NCBI RefSeq assembly: GCF_056746865.1
Contig: NZ_CM163382.1
Reading direction: 5' to 3' (one strand)
Length of the DNA stretch: 64,000 nucleotides
The notes under the pieces are model-generated. The model had not been told where the DNA came from. It did not search any database and worked only from the letters and a program-made list of their open reading frames with translations. Of this stretch, positions 1 to 10,537 are shown piece after piece (the stretch's first letter is position 1; each line of letters starts with the position of its first letter). Made by a program: the position numbers and the translations under genes.

Positions 1-58
1 ATTTAACAGCACCCCAACCACCGGCAGCTCCCTGGTAGGATTCAATTTTTTTCTTCAT
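1..58 (-). CDS. ydeP: 5' end of ydeP-like oxidoreductase gene (first 19 codons; gene continues past window start)
   Basis: Reverse-strand ATG at 58-56 followed by codons reading MKKKIESYQGAAGGWGAV, which I recognise as the YdeP N-terminus; placement downstream of ydeQ fits K-12 synteny. Confidence 0.45.
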   Translation of the reverse strand, partial: MKKKIESYQGAAGGWGAVK

Positions 59-300
59 TTGCTTATCCTGTGTGGAAATGAATTATTAGGATTTGTAATA
101 GCGATGATGCACAGTATATACAAAGGGATTATCGTCAACATGGATATATAAGAGTAGGGGACTACTCTCTTTCTATTTTAATCTATTATCGTTAAACAAA
201 AGATTAAATACGATAAATTAAGCATCATCTCTCATAGTGTTTAAATTAACATATTTTTCAATATAAAAAATAAGACTCTGGCTTCAATTGTGCGCGGATT

Positions 301-318
301 TTCTTACAGATGTAGGAT
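301..318. promoter_or_regulatory. EvgA-box-like inverted repeat TTCTTACA-ga-TGTAGGAT upstream of ydeP
   Basis: Sequence matches the TTCYTACA-N2-TGTARGAA dyad I recall for EvgA targets; lies about 245 bp upstream of the ydeP start on the same side. Confidence 0.35.
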
Positions 319-390
319 AATAGCCTTCACAAAATAATTATCCGCGCAATCTTCGTGAATGGAGCGCATAGACCAATGTCAAAATCACAA

Positions 391-1305
391 TTATTCATAG
401 ATAAAAGTGACACCAATGACTGACTGGACGGTTCCGGCTGCAACCTTGTTTCCTGTTTGTCCATAGGTTGCGCTTAAACCCAGAGGTACTTTGCTTTTAT
501 TTACTGTCCCCAGGGAGACGTTTTCTCCCGTAGCCAGTATTTTTCCATTACGCATCAGAGAGACACCCACTCCCGATGCTTTTGTTGCATCTGGTGCTGT
601 GTTAGCAAACACTTGTCTGGCACTGTCAGTGGTAGCACCCGAAAGATAAAATGAGAGCTTTTGTTCACTTGAGCAATATACGCCAAGGGGTATTTCTGCG
701 CTTCCAGGAAAGTCCGGGAGATTCACGTTGACATTACGACTATCAACGGTGCAGCCGCCTGTTGGCATAACAACACTGTTATTTGAAATAATATTCCACG
801 TAAAATTACGCGGATTTCCACTTCCTAACGTGGCAATTTTATACATATGAATACGGGCAATAACTTCCCCGGCTTTTATGACAACTCCACCGGCCGCACC
901 GACTGGGGTAATATAGAGTTTTAACGGTAATGGCATCGGTGTCTTATCACCAATATCTAATACATTAGTATTTGTCGTCAACGGGAAGGGGTAGGTCACA
1001 TTATTCCAGTACAGCGATCCTTTATATGACTGTAGAGAGCCTGCGAAAGCTGAGCCTTGTACCAGGTTTATATGATCAGTGTCGTACCAGCCGCCGTAAT
1101 CATTCCAGCAACTTATATGCTGAGACAAGTCTACAACCAGATTCTGGCCCGGTTGTATTACAGGGTCGAGATTAACATAAACAGAGGTTGTACCTGCTCC
1201 AATACTTGACCCGCCATCGACATTACAACTGAAGGCAAAAACTTTGCCTGCCATTAATAGAAGATAAATACCGAACAGAAGCTTCATACTTATTGTTTTA
1301 CCCAT
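391..1305 (-). CDS. ydeQ: fimbrial adhesin-like protein, last gene of chaperone-usher operon
   Basis: 304-aa ORF with N-terminal signal peptide ([18 protein letters not shown]), two-domain adhesin length, terminal position after usher and two minor subunits; start may be the internal Met. Confidence 0.8.
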   Translation of the reverse strand: MGKTISMKLLFGIYLLLMAGKVFAFSCNVDGGSSIGAGTTSVYVNLDPVIQPGQNLVVDLSQHISCWNDYGGWYDTDHINLVQGSAFAGSLQSYKGSLYWNNVTYPFPLTTNTNVLDIGDKTPMPLPLKLYITPVGAAGGVVIKAGEVIARIHMYKIATLGSGNPRNFTWNIISNNSVVMPTGGCTVDSRNVNVNLPDFPGSAEIPLGVYCSSEQKLSFYLSGATTDSARQVFANTAPDATKASGVGVSLMRNGKILATGENVSLGTVNKSKVPLGLSATYGQTGNKVAAGTVQSVIGVTFIYE

Positions 1306-1363
1306 GATATATCCTAAGGTTAAAAAATTGATTTAAAAAGAGGCTAAGAAAATCGAATCGACG

Positions 1364-1867
1364 TTATTGCCAGGTGTAGATCACATTGATTAGCGCCTCG
1401 ATCGTTCCCTGGCTTGCGTTTCCATTCACCGTGATAGCTCTTGCCTTAAGTGGAAACTGTGCATTACGAGTGATCTCATCAACAATAACCGTTTTGCTAT
1501 CGCCATTTTTTAACGTCGCATCCTGGTCATCCCTTAGCTCTATCTGAATATTTTCGGCAGTACCTTCATTTTTGTAATAACCCGTATTGTCAGTTGAACC
1601 TGTCACGATTGCCGTCACTGCACTTGTTTCAACCGGACAATCGGTTAATGACAAAGTAATATTGTGCCAGCCTGATGCAGAACCAGGTTGTTGCAGATTG
1701 CGCGTATAAAGATCCCCGAGATTAACGTTAGCTTCTTTGGTTTGAATAGTGCAGGGTTTAGCGACTACCCGACCATTAACAGTGATAGTGACATCGGCGG
1801 CCTGGAGAGTTGCTGTGAATAACGCGCAAAACGTAGCTAACAGGAACCTCTTGTGAAGTCTTTTCAT
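1364..1867 (-). CDS. ydeR: fimbrial minor subunit
   Basis: 167-aa ORF with signal peptide (…ATLQA) and pilin-like size and composition; operon context. Confidence 0.8.
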   Translation of the reverse strand: MKRLHKRFLLATFCALFTATLQAADVTITVNGRVVAKPCTIQTKEANVNLGDLYTRNLQQPGSASGWHNITLSLTDCPVETSAVTAIVTGSTDNTGYYKNEGTAENIQIELRDDQDATLKNGDSKTVIVDEITRNAQFPLKARAITVNGNASQGTIEALINVIYTWQ

Positions 1868-1879
1868 ATCTGACTCTGA

Positions 1880-2410
1880 TTATTGAAATTCAAGGGTAAA
1901 GGTTGCCGAAGCCCTCACCAGTCCCGGATTGACGGACTTCTGAGTTGACTTCAGACGAGCGGAGTAAGGCAAAATATTGTTCTGTTCTGGTACCAGTGGG
2001 ATCCACTGCATCCCGGCATGAAGGTCATTCAATTTCACCGGACGCATATTTCCGTCCAGTATTTCTATACCCAAACCGGAGGCCGTATTGCTTCCTTCAT
2101 CCAGTTTCAACAGAGTATTATTTTCTGCATCCTCAATCCCGTTAAATGCAACCCGAACCCCCGTTGTCCCTTTACTGCATTCACTTAACGTAATCTGAAA
2201 AGGGACGGCTGGACTTGTGCTACCGGTCGTTGGAAATTGTCTGGCACTGTTTTTTTGGAGATCTACGGTAAAATTAAGCGAATCCGATGAGACTGTGCAG
2301 CCATAATCGAGGACGCGCCCGCTAATTTTAATAACGCTATCTGCGGATAAAGCAGAATAGGTGGTTAACCCCAGACATAAACCGAGGAAAATAATGTTAT
2401 TGTATTTCAT
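1880..2410 (-). CDS. ydeS: fimbrial minor subunit
   Basis: 176-aa ORF with signal peptide (…SALSA), pilin-like; operon context. Confidence 0.8.
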   Translation of the reverse strand: MKYNNIIFLGLCLGLTTYSALSADSVIKISGRVLDYGCTVSSDSLNFTVDLQKNSARQFPTTGSTSPAVPFQITLSECSKGTTGVRVAFNGIEDAENNTLLKLDEGSNTASGLGIEILDGNMRPVKLNDLHAGMQWIPLVPEQNNILPYSARLKSTQKSVNPGLVRASATFTLEFQ

Positions 2411-2423
2411 AATCTATTGTTCC

Positions 2424-5075
2424 TTAGCGACAGATTGCTGTCTGCTGGTTCAGTAAGGTACCAGGAGAAACTTCAGGAAGCTTGTACTCGACAATACAGT
2501 TTGAGTTTTTATCTTTGCCCCATGAAACCTGTAATTTCCCTGACTGTGGAAGTCCAGTCAGATAAACCTGACCGTTTTCCGCGACAATGCTGCCATTTTT
2601 ATTCTTTCCGTGAGTGACAATTGCACCGAATGGAACGCTCTTATTACCGTACTTCAACGTCATTAATACTTTCCCGCCGATTTGTGCATTAAATGTTGCT
2701 CTGGCAATAGCACCGTGAGTTGGGATGACAGTGACCACGGTTTCATCCAGTTCAACATTATCTGCAAGGGAATTCGCGTTAAGAGCGACACGATTTTCTC
2801 TATATTCTGTCGCAAATGGTAATATGGCATAGCCACGCCAGTCGGTATGAATACCGGTCTGGTTCTCTATTTTGACATTATCAGCGCCAGGAGCCTTAAC
2901 CAGAACCATTGTGTCGCCCAGCGGCTGTCCAAAGGTGATGCCATCAGCATGAGCAATAATGCCACCACTCATTCCGTAATAAATCTGGCTGCTGTCACCA
3001 CTCCGACTGTAACCGACATTCGTATTACCGTAAGCTCCACGATAATTAAGAGAACTGTAACCACTGGTGCCAGACGATGTATTACCCCCGTGGGTGTTAC
3101 CGACCTGAACACTATAATTCAGGTTATTATCCGGCAGCAGAGTGCCATAAACTCCCGATAGATTGGTCATGCCGCCTTTCAAATCGTTTGACATACTGTA
3201 ACTGGCGTTTGAATTACGAAATGCCGACTGACTGTCTGTACGCATCCAATGACTGAAGGGAACATTAAGCGTAAAAGCAAGTAAATGATCCCGATCGTTT
3301 TGCCATATATTATTGGAATAGCTGTAATTCAGCGAAGTCGTAATATCACCAAACGGCACATTTAATCCAAATGATATTTGCTGGTCGCTGCGTGACGTGT
3401 TCCAGTAACTTTGGCGACTGGCACTAAAAAATGTCGTACCGTAATTTCCAAGCTGCTGAGAGATGCTTATTTGTTCCTGACCACGCTTACTGTAGAACAG
3501 ATTAAAATAATCAATAAATTGTGTCTGCTCGTTGCTGTCTCCGGTAGGAGGCTTGACGGTGTAACCACTCATTCGACTGTAGGCACTGTCGGATAAGTTA
3601 TAAAAACCTTGCGTAGAATAGCGATATCCTGCGACCTGGATATTGGTTCCCGTCTGGTAGAAGGATTTGCTGTAGACGGATTTAATCGATTGCCCGCTGT
3701 GACGGGTGCCATCTGCAAGTGTCGTATTGGCCTGCGTGATATCGAAAGAAAAGGCACCAAAAAGTCCTAAATCTTTACCAATACCAAGGTTGAAGGCCTG
3801 ATAATCTTCTGCAATTTGCATTCCGCCATAAGGTGTCCAGTTTCCTTCCAGTCCATGCATCAAGCTACCTTGTATGAACTTGGGGGAGCTTTGCAGGTTA
3901 TTTCCACTACGATATTCCCCCATGGCAAGCGCATAACGCGTATATCCAGCACGTTGGAGAACCGGAACAGACGAATAAGGAACATATAATGTCTGAATAC
4001 TGCCGTCTGCCTCTTTTATGGTTACTTGCAGATCACCACCATTGGCCGCAGAGTTGATATCATCAATAGTAAAAGGGCCGGGTGGGACAGTAGTCTGATA
4101 AACATCGTATCCATTCTGTTTTACACTCACTTGTGCGGTGCCGCGGGCAATACCATGAATCACCGGAGCGAAACCATGTTGGCTATCGGGCAACATCGCT
4201 TCTGTTGAATTTATTTTGAGGCCACGAAAGTTCACACTATCAAAAATATCGCCATCGGTATAACTATCACCTACCGTTAAGCGTGAGCGTAAGGGAATAA
4301 TGTCACGTTCAGCCGACGTATTGATATGCTGCCATTTATTGCTGTCAGATGAATTGCTACTCCCACTGTTATAACTCCACGTTGAGTTATCGCGCAGTCG
4401 CCAACTACCAATGTTGATGCCACTCTGTAAATTCAAATATGCATAGTTGGATTTTCCTGCATTATGGTTACTACGATTATTAATAGAATTACCATTAAAA
4501 CTATAGTTTAGAAGCCCAGCATTTATTCCTTCTTCCCACAGATCAGGAGAAACATAGCCGCGAGCCATTCTGCCAACATAAATTTGCGGAACGGAGAGTG
4601 ACAGATGTTGCTGACCAACATCAAACTCAGTTGATGCGTCGGCCAAACGATCCTGAAGTGGTGTGCATGCGCTGTTGTCCGGCACATGTTTTTCTGCCGA
4701 ATGTTCTTTATTGTCTAATAACGCTGATTTTTTTATGCCAAGACTGACTAGAAGATCTGTACTCAGGCATGGGATGAGATCTGCGTTATTATCATCTGCA
4801 ATAAAAGTAATATCCCGACTAGTAATAAATTCGTCGTTCAAATAAATGTCGACCCGATATGTACCAGGTGGTGCCTCGCGTCCCTTAGTAAAGGCGGATA
4901 AATCGACAGATTCAGCAAGATCATTGCTTAAAAACCGTGGATTAAAATAATACTCTGCGTCAACGGGAAATACCGCAGTTGCTAAGCCAAGGGCAATGGT
5001 AAGCCGTGCAAAGCGAGGCAGTAGTAACACCTGATGCATACGATATGCCTTAAATGCGGCACGAAAGGCTGTCAT
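2424..5075 (-). CDS. ydeT: fimbrial outer-membrane usher (FimD/PapC family), apparently full length
   Basis: 883-aa ORF, Asn/Ser/Tyr/Gly-rich beta-barrel composition and usher length; follows chaperone gene; true start may be internal Met 13. Confidence 0.85.
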   Translation of the reverse strand: MTAFRAAFKAYRMHQVLLLPRFARLTIALGLATAVFPVDAEYYFNPRFLSNDLAESVDLSAFTKGREAPPGTYRVDIYLNDEFITSRDITFIADDNNADLIPCLSTDLLVSLGIKKSALLDNKEHSAEKHVPDNSACTPLQDRLADASTEFDVGQQHLSLSVPQIYVGRMARGYVSPDLWEEGINAGLLNYSFNGNSINNRSNHNAGKSNYAYLNLQSGINIGSWRLRDNSTWSYNSGSSNSSDSNKWQHINTSAERDIIPLRSRLTVGDSYTDGDIFDSVNFRGLKINSTEAMLPDSQHGFAPVIHGIARGTAQVSVKQNGYDVYQTTVPPGPFTIDDINSAANGGDLQVTIKEADGSIQTLYVPYSSVPVLQRAGYTRYALAMGEYRSGNNLQSSPKFIQGSLMHGLEGNWTPYGGMQIAEDYQAFNLGIGKDLGLFGAFSFDITQANTTLADGTRHSGQSIKSVYSKSFYQTGTNIQVAGYRYSTQGFYNLSDSAYSRMSGYTVKPPTGDSNEQTQFIDYFNLFYSKRGQEQISISQQLGNYGTTFFSASRQSYWNTSRSDQQISFGLNVPFGDITTSLNYSYSNNIWQNDRDHLLAFTLNVPFSHWMRTDSQSAFRNSNASYSMSNDLKGGMTNLSGVYGTLLPDNNLNYSVQVGNTHGGNTSSGTSGYSSLNYRGAYGNTNVGYSRSGDSSQIYYGMSGGIIAHADGITFGQPLGDTMVLVKAPGADNVKIENQTGIHTDWRGYAILPFATEYRENRVALNANSLADNVELDETVVTVIPTHGAIARATFNAQIGGKVLMTLKYGNKSVPFGAIVTHGKNKNGSIVAENGQVYLTGLPQSGKLQVSWGKDKNSNCIVEYKLPEVSPGTLLNQQTAICR

Positions 5076-5116
5076 TATTAATTCCGATTGAGTTTATTAT
5101 TAATTAGGTCACTGGC

Positions 5117-5836
5117 TTACTGCATGGTTGCCTTAATACGCGGAGTTAATGCACCGTAATCATTGATCGTCTGAAAACTGATATCCCCGGTTGCAGCATG
5201 CGGGATATCCACCGATACTTCACCTTTTGGCGGCACCATGGTGTTTGGGAGATTGCTATTTCCTGCTTTCATATTTGTTACGGTAATGAAGTAGGGCGTT
5301 GGATTAATAAGAGTGAGTTTGCTGCCGCTGCGACGAAACCGAAGCATTGCAGGCGCTTCTTCAGGTGCCATTGCCAGGTTCGTGGGGCGATAAAACATTT
5401 TTATGCGGCTAATAATTGCCAGCTGTAATGTATTCTCATTCTTCTGATCTTTTTCCATAGCAGGAATAGCTTTAACATTAACCCAGAACAGGCTTTCACG
5501 GTCGCCTGGTAACTGATGATTAGTGGCGTTGATTATCCGCAGCGTATTCTCTTTTTTACCTTGCATGGAAAAAAGCGGTGGCGTAATGACAAACTGGGTG
5601 TCTTTTTGGTCACCTGCATTTTCTATCCATGACTGAATGAGATAGACACTGGCAGGATCATTATTCGTGACAGGCAATAAAACCTGTTTCTGGTTTGCCG
5701 GATAAATTACCCGCGTCGCACCCAGTGCGACAGCTGCGTTGGCAATGGTGCTATGGCAAGCAAAGAGCAATAAAAGTAACACTGTCGCCATAAAGGAAAT
5801 AGAGTAGGGGGTACGCGTAGTTTGCATCTGATGCAT
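5117..5836 (-). CDS. periplasmic fimbrial chaperone (PapD/FimC family)
   Basis: 239-aa ORF with signal peptide and chaperone-like length between major subunit and usher; start probably internal (MATVLLLLLFAC…). Confidence 0.8.
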   Translation of the reverse strand: MHQMQTTRTPYSISFMATVLLLLLFACHSTIANAAVALGATRVIYPANQKQVLLPVTNNDPASVYLIQSWIENAGDQKDTQFVITPPLFSMQGKKENTLRIINATNHQLPGDRESLFWVNVKAIPAMEKDQKNENTLQLAIISRIKMFYRPTNLAMAPEEAPAMLRFRRSGSKLTLINPTPYFITVTNMKAGNSNLPNTMVPPKGEVSVDIPHAATGDISFQTINDYGALTPRIKATMQ

Positions 5837-6189
5837 TCTCCATGTGTTAAGAGGATAAGCGGGAAAACCGTTACATCAGACAATCAGTAAATATTGCTAA
5901 TACATTGGCGACTCGCCGGGTTTCCAGACTTAATGCGTTTGTAATAAATGTTGGTTCTCTTTTAATAGGAAAACCTTGCTACAAAGTAAATATTTTAAAT
6001 AACAGTAAGTTTAACTACTGTTGTTTATTGATCGTTTAGATATTATGTGATTTTTTCATACCGCTCCAAAACACAAACTATTCCTCATTAATAATGAGAT
6101 GAACATTGGTGAATTGCTCGGGTGTGCGTAGCCATGCCACACACACCCTGTTTCAATTTCAGATGACGTATAGCCACCTTAAGATTGAA

Positions 6190-6753
6190 TTATAGATATT
6201 GAACTTTGAAGGTCGCATCAGCGTTTGCAGTACCAGCTACTGACTGCCCGAGAGCAATATATCGAGCCTGGAACGGCAATATATTCGTGCCATCAATCAA
6301 GTCAGTTTTAGCACTAAAAGTGGCACCATCAAGTATTAATACCTCACCCGTACGGTCCAAAATTTGAATACCGACATTTTGGGCAGAGCCTGCCGCTGAA
6401 CTCTGCAGCGCTAACGTATCGTCATTACTGGTGACAGTAGTACCCAGGAATGCAACAGCTGCATTACTGGAAACATTGGTATCACAATCATTCAGCTTGA
6501 TATTGAAGCCAACGGCGGAGCTGAGGTCACCCGCTTTAGCCAGACGAGAAGAACGGACCTGACCCAGCTCAACCGTTTGGTTCATTGATTCTGAATCAAT
6601 CGCACAAGCGGCATTTACCACTTCACCTTTAAAATGAATAACACCGCCATTAACAGTGGTCGTTACTGATTCATCACCCTCGGCTGCGCTTACCGCAGCA
6701 GACGACATCGCCAACACAGAAACGACAATCATACCGACATGTTTGAGTTTCAT
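6190..6753 (-). CDS. major fimbrial subunit (FimA-like pilin)
   Basis: 187 aa from ATG at 6753 with GGAG RBS; signal peptide ending SAAVSA; C-terminus ATFKVQYL resembles type-1 pilin termini; first gene of the operon. Confidence 0.75.
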   Translation of the reverse strand: MKLKHVGMIVVSVLAMSSAAVSAAEGDESVTTTVNGGVIHFKGEVVNAACAIDSESMNQTVELGQVRSSRLAKAGDLSSAVGFNIKLNDCDTNVSSNAAVAFLGTTVTSNDDTLALQSSAAGSAQNVGIQILDRTGEVLILDGATFSAKTDLIDGTNILPFQARYIALGQSVAGTANADATFKVQYL

Positions 6754-7186
6754 AATTCTCCAAAATTTATATTTAAGTAGCTTAATAAAGAAAGTTAACA
6801 ATCAAGTCATTCTGTTATTGCTTATAAAACAAGAATCATTCTTGATGGGATATTGCCCTGAGAATATAGTTTCCAGGGTTATTACATTTCACGAAGAACG
6901 ATAATATCTTTAAATTACAAGGACACCTAATCACAACAAGTTTATTGCAGCACTTGTTGTAGAGAGTATTTGCAAAGACATTTTATGTCGCTAAATAACA
7001 TTACGATTTCATTATGCATGTTATTTATAAACAGCGACTAAACAGAATATTATTGCGAACAAGGGAAGTGTCAGGAAAGGTCAAGAGTTACTAATGGTTT
7101 ATATGGCTAAAAATCATTAGCTATGGTTAATGTTTGCTTTCTGAAACTAACGCCAAATTGCTCTAACCAGATAAATGCAGGGTTTA

Positions 7187-7441
7187 TTAAAGCTGATCGA
7201 CAGACTTTCTTAACCTGGCAATATCTCTCTTAGGTGACTCTCCAAACATCCGCGAATATTCCCGACTGAAATGGGATAAGCTTTCGTAACCGACAGCATA
7301 GGCTGCAGTGGTGACATCGTAATGTTCATTCAGCATCAGTCGCCTGGCTTCATTGAGGCGTAGCCATTTCTGATACCGGAGTGGACTCATTCCCGCAAGC
7401 TGTCTGAAGTGTTGATGGAAAGAGGGTGTGTTCATTTGCAC
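7187..7441 (-). pseudogene. yneL: C-terminal fragment of AraC-family transcriptional regulator (HTH only)
   Basis: 84-aa ORF carrying only the second AraC HTH (…YESLSHFSREYSRMFGESP…); no in-frame N-terminal domain upstream. Confidence 0.6.
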
Positions 7442-7721
7442 GCGGTTTGCCAGCCTGACTCTTCAACGCAGGGAAGATGCGGCAAACGGCAAACCTGCAT
7501 ACCAGCCAGCCTATATCCGGTATGCACAGGCCAATCATGAAAGAGGAGAGGCTTTATGTTCTGGAACCCTGAAGTAATAACGACGACCGTAAAATCGCTT
7601 CGCATCACTCAAATTCCATTTAACTATTCTGGGTTTGAGGGATATACATAATTGACTTCAGCACCAGAAACAGCATAACAAACTGTTTTAAATGGATATT
7701 AATCAAATGACGATTCAAACT

Positions 7722-7756
7722 CACAGTTATGAACTCAGTTTTGGTTCATAACTGTG
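7722..7756. repeat. perfect 13-bp inverted repeat CACAGTTATGAAC / GTTCATAACTGTG with 9-nt spacer
   Basis: Read directly from sequence; a related palindrome GTTCATGAAC-TGTT occurs at 7797-7810. Confidence 0.6.
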
Positions 7757-7855
7757 TTAAACGCTGTCCATAAATCACTCGATGTCACGTCTGTTGGTTC
7801 ATGAACTGTTCGTTCTAATGTTGTGATGTGCGTCAGGTTTTGGTGTTCAGTAATA

Positions 7856-8659
7856 TTACGTTTTACTCGATGAGCGATTGATTAATACCTCTCCGACAAC
7901 AGGAGCAGCGGTAAATGCGTTTGGCCAGCCAGCGTAAAACGCGGCTTGGGTAACGATCTCCCCAGCTTCCTCAGCAGAAAGTCCATTATCCATCGCTCTG
8001 TTAAGGTGATAGCCAATCTGCGCGCTCTGTCCAGATGCGATTAACGCGCTGACCGTAATCAGGCTTCTATCACGGGGGGTTAGCGCGGGTCTTTGCCAGA
8101 GATCCAGGAACAGTGGGTCAGCAGTAAATTTAACCAAGCCTGGAGATATTCGGCCAACATTTTTTTCCACTGTCTCTGAACGCTGCTTTTCTGCTTCCTG
8201 ATTGAGAGGAAGCAGGTCCGGAGAAGCGTCAGGAAGCGCATCTGGCGTGACGCCACGAGTTTCAAATACTGCTTTGGTCACGCTGACGGCTGACATTGCA
8301 TTTGGCCAACCTGAGTAGAACGCCAGATGGGTAATGATTTCTGATAATTCCGCTGGCGTCACGCCGCTATCGAGAGCGACGTCAATATAGTGCTTAAGCT
8401 CGGCAGGCTGGTTGCGGGCAATCAGCATGGCGACGGTCACCACACTACGATCCCTCGGTGAGAGGGCGTCGCGTGTCCACAGATCTTCAGTAATAGCTTC
8501 GCGACCAAAGCGCGCGAGAGCCGGTGAGACGGAACGAATATCAGCTTCCGAAATCGCTGACGGTTCTATTTTCATCATAGCTTTACCTCTTGTTTCCTCA
8601 GCATTGGCAAAATCAGAAATAACAAGCGACATAGCCGCTGCTGCAAGTACGCTTTTCAT
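7856..8659 (-). CDS. secreted tandem carboxymuconolactone-decarboxylase (CMD / AhpD-like) family protein
   Basis: 267-aa ORF with signal peptide; two repeats each carrying the CMD-type motif (ITHLAFYSGWPNA and VTQAAFYAGWPNA). Confidence 0.65.
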   Translation of the reverse strand: MKSVLAAAAMSLVISDFANAEETRGKAMMKIEPSAISEADIRSVSPALARFGREAITEDLWTRDALSPRDRSVVTVAMLIARNQPAELKHYIDVALDSGVTPAELSEIITHLAFYSGWPNAMSAVSVTKAVFETRGVTPDALPDASPDLLPLNQEAEKQRSETVEKNVGRISPGLVKFTADPLFLDLWQRPALTPRDRSLITVSALIASGQSAQIGYHLNRAMDNGLSAEEAGEIVTQAAFYAGWPNAFTAAPVVGEVLINRSSSKT

Positions 8660-8674
8660 GTTAATCCTTACTGG

Positions 8675-9400
8675 TCAACGTTGCGGCTCCTGTTTGATTC
8701 CGCCTTTGTTACGAAGAAATACCGGTTTTACCGGGATTGCGTCCTTCCTGGCGCTCATATGCGCCGTTTGCCTGAGGTAATCCAGGAAGTGCAGCGTTTG
8801 TCGGTGCAGTTGATAATCCTCCTCACTGGCGTAAATCTCATAGAAATACCAGCGTTTTGGAGTCTCTGAATCTGTACCGGCATACATGGCTAACACGCCT
8901 TTCTCTACTTTGAGCGACTCGACCATTTCAGGAAGGACGATGTTTCTAAATTCGCTCTGAAATTCAGGCTTTACTTCGACGATCACCAGATTATTGATAG
9001 TTCGTTCATTCGGTATGATGTGTTTGTCGCCCAGAAACTGTGGCTCCAGGGTAATTTTCTTCTTACTGTCAATAATGTCAGGTGCACGAGCAGCGAATGC
9101 TTTGTATGGGGCGGCATTGAGATGTTTGCGATAAGCACGCTCATTTTCATAGAGTTCGAACATGAATGCCTGACCTGAATTGTCGCTGCGTTGCAGGGCA
9201 TACATCGCCAGTGTACCTGCTTCATGATCAACCGAAGCGGAAATCGTCTGTCTGGCCACGTCTGCAAAGTCGTTGTCCCGATCGGGTCTGATGCCGAGCT
9301 CGAAGATATTCATCTCCGGCTTATTCGGCGCGTCCGGTTTTGTTGCAAAGACAGGGCTGCTTATTAGCATGCAAATTAAAAGCATAAAAGTCTTTTTCAC
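8675..9400 (-). CDS. secreted protein with two ABM (antibiotic-biosynthesis-monooxygenase-like) domains
   Basis: 241-aa ORF with signal peptide (MKKTFMLLICMLISSPVFA); two ~100-aa repeats with ABM-like pattern (AMYALQRSD…FMFELYENE / AMYAGTDSE…YFYEIYASE). Confidence 0.5.
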   Translation of the reverse strand: MKKTFMLLICMLISSPVFATKPDAPNKPEMNIFELGIRPDRDNDFADVARQTISASVDHEAGTLAMYALQRSDNSGQAFMFELYENERAYRKHLNAAPYKAFAARAPDIIDSKKKITLEPQFLGDKHIIPNERTINNLVIVEVKPEFQSEFRNIVLPEMVESLKVEKGVLAMYAGTDSETPKRWYFYEIYASEEDYQLHRQTLHFLDYLRQTAHMSARKDAIPVKPVFLRNKGGIKQEPQR

Positions 9401-9515
9401 GATGATCTTTTTACTGACATTACTGTTTAAGACGTTCGATCAACTGGTGCTGGTAAGAACGTAACCGACCGCTACTGGCGCTCTCAAAGACGAGAGGAGG
9501 AAAAGTGAATAAGGG

Positions 9516-10535
9516 CTATCGCATCCAGACCTGCTTAACATCTTTCGTTTGCGGCGTATTTTGCGCCATGATCCCCGTCAGAACATGCGGCTGGTAGGTT
9601 TCTTCCAGAAACTGAATTTCCTCCGGACTTAGTTGAAGATTTACTGCGTTTACCGCGCCATCGACATGAGCTTTTTTTGTAGCCCCTACGACAGGTGATG
9701 TGACTTTTGTCAGCAGCCAAGCGAGAGATATTTCCGTCATTGACACCAGATGGCGTTCGGCCAGTTCGGCTACACGCTCAATAATGCTGCGATCCTGTTC
9801 AGCCGTGCTGTCATATTTTCCACGCGCATAGTCATCCTCTGTGGCTCGCCGTGTATAGCCTTCTTTACGAGAGAGGCGGCCGCTGGCCAGCGCGCTATAG
9901 GGGGTCATTGCGATATTATCCTCAGTGCACAGGCCGAAGAGCTCCCGTTCATCTTCGCGCATAATTAGATTGTAGTGGCTCTGTACGGAAACAAAGGGCG
10001 TCAGCCCTTCGCGTTCAGCAAGGGCGTTCGCCTTCGCCAGCTGCCAGGCATAGCAGTTTGAAATACCAACAGCTCGTACTTTGCCAGCAGTAACAGCGGT
10101 ATGTAACGCTTCAAGCACGTCGATAATGGGCGTGTTGTAATCCCAGATGTGGTAGATGTAGAGGTCGATATAGTCCATCCCCAGATTCTTCAGGCTCTGG
10201 TCAAGGGATTGAGCGATTGCCTCTTTTCCGCTGATCCCTCCGGCAATTTGTGCGGGGGTTCGCGGCAGAAACTTGGTGGCCAGGACGATATCATCGCGTT
10301 TCGCCATCTCCCGTAATGCCCGGCCAACGTATCGCTCACTGGAGCCATTCTGGTAGGCTATAGCGGTATCGTAAAAGTTGATGCCCTTTTCAAGGCCATA
10401 GCGAATGATGTCGCGGCTTGCTGTTTCGTCCAGCGTCCAGCTATGCTGACCCGTCGACGGATCGCCAAACCCCATGCATCCCATGCAGATGCGGGAAACA
10501 AGTAAGTCACTTTTACCGAGCCGGGTATACTGCAT
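9516..10535 (-). CDS. aldo-keto reductase family oxidoreductase
   Basis: 339-aa ORF; N-terminus MQYTRLGKSDLLVSRICMGCMGFG and overall pattern typical of AKRs (Tas/YajO-like). Confidence 0.8.
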   Translation of the reverse strand: MQYTRLGKSDLLVSRICMGCMGFGDPSTGQHSWTLDETASRDIIRYGLEKGINFYDTAIAYQNGSSERYVGRALREMAKRDDIVLATKFLPRTPAQIAGGISGKEAIAQSLDQSLKNLGMDYIDLYIYHIWDYNTPIIDVLEALHTAVTAGKVRAVGISNCYAWQLAKANALAEREGLTPFVSVQSHYNLIMREDERELFGLCTEDNIAMTPYSALASGRLSRKEGYTRRATEDDYARGKYDSTAEQDRSIIERVAELAERHLVSMTEISLAWLLTKVTSPVVGATKKAHVDGAVNAVNLQLSPEEIQFLEETYQPHVLTGIMAQNTPQTKDVKQVWMR

Positions 10536-10537
10536 TG

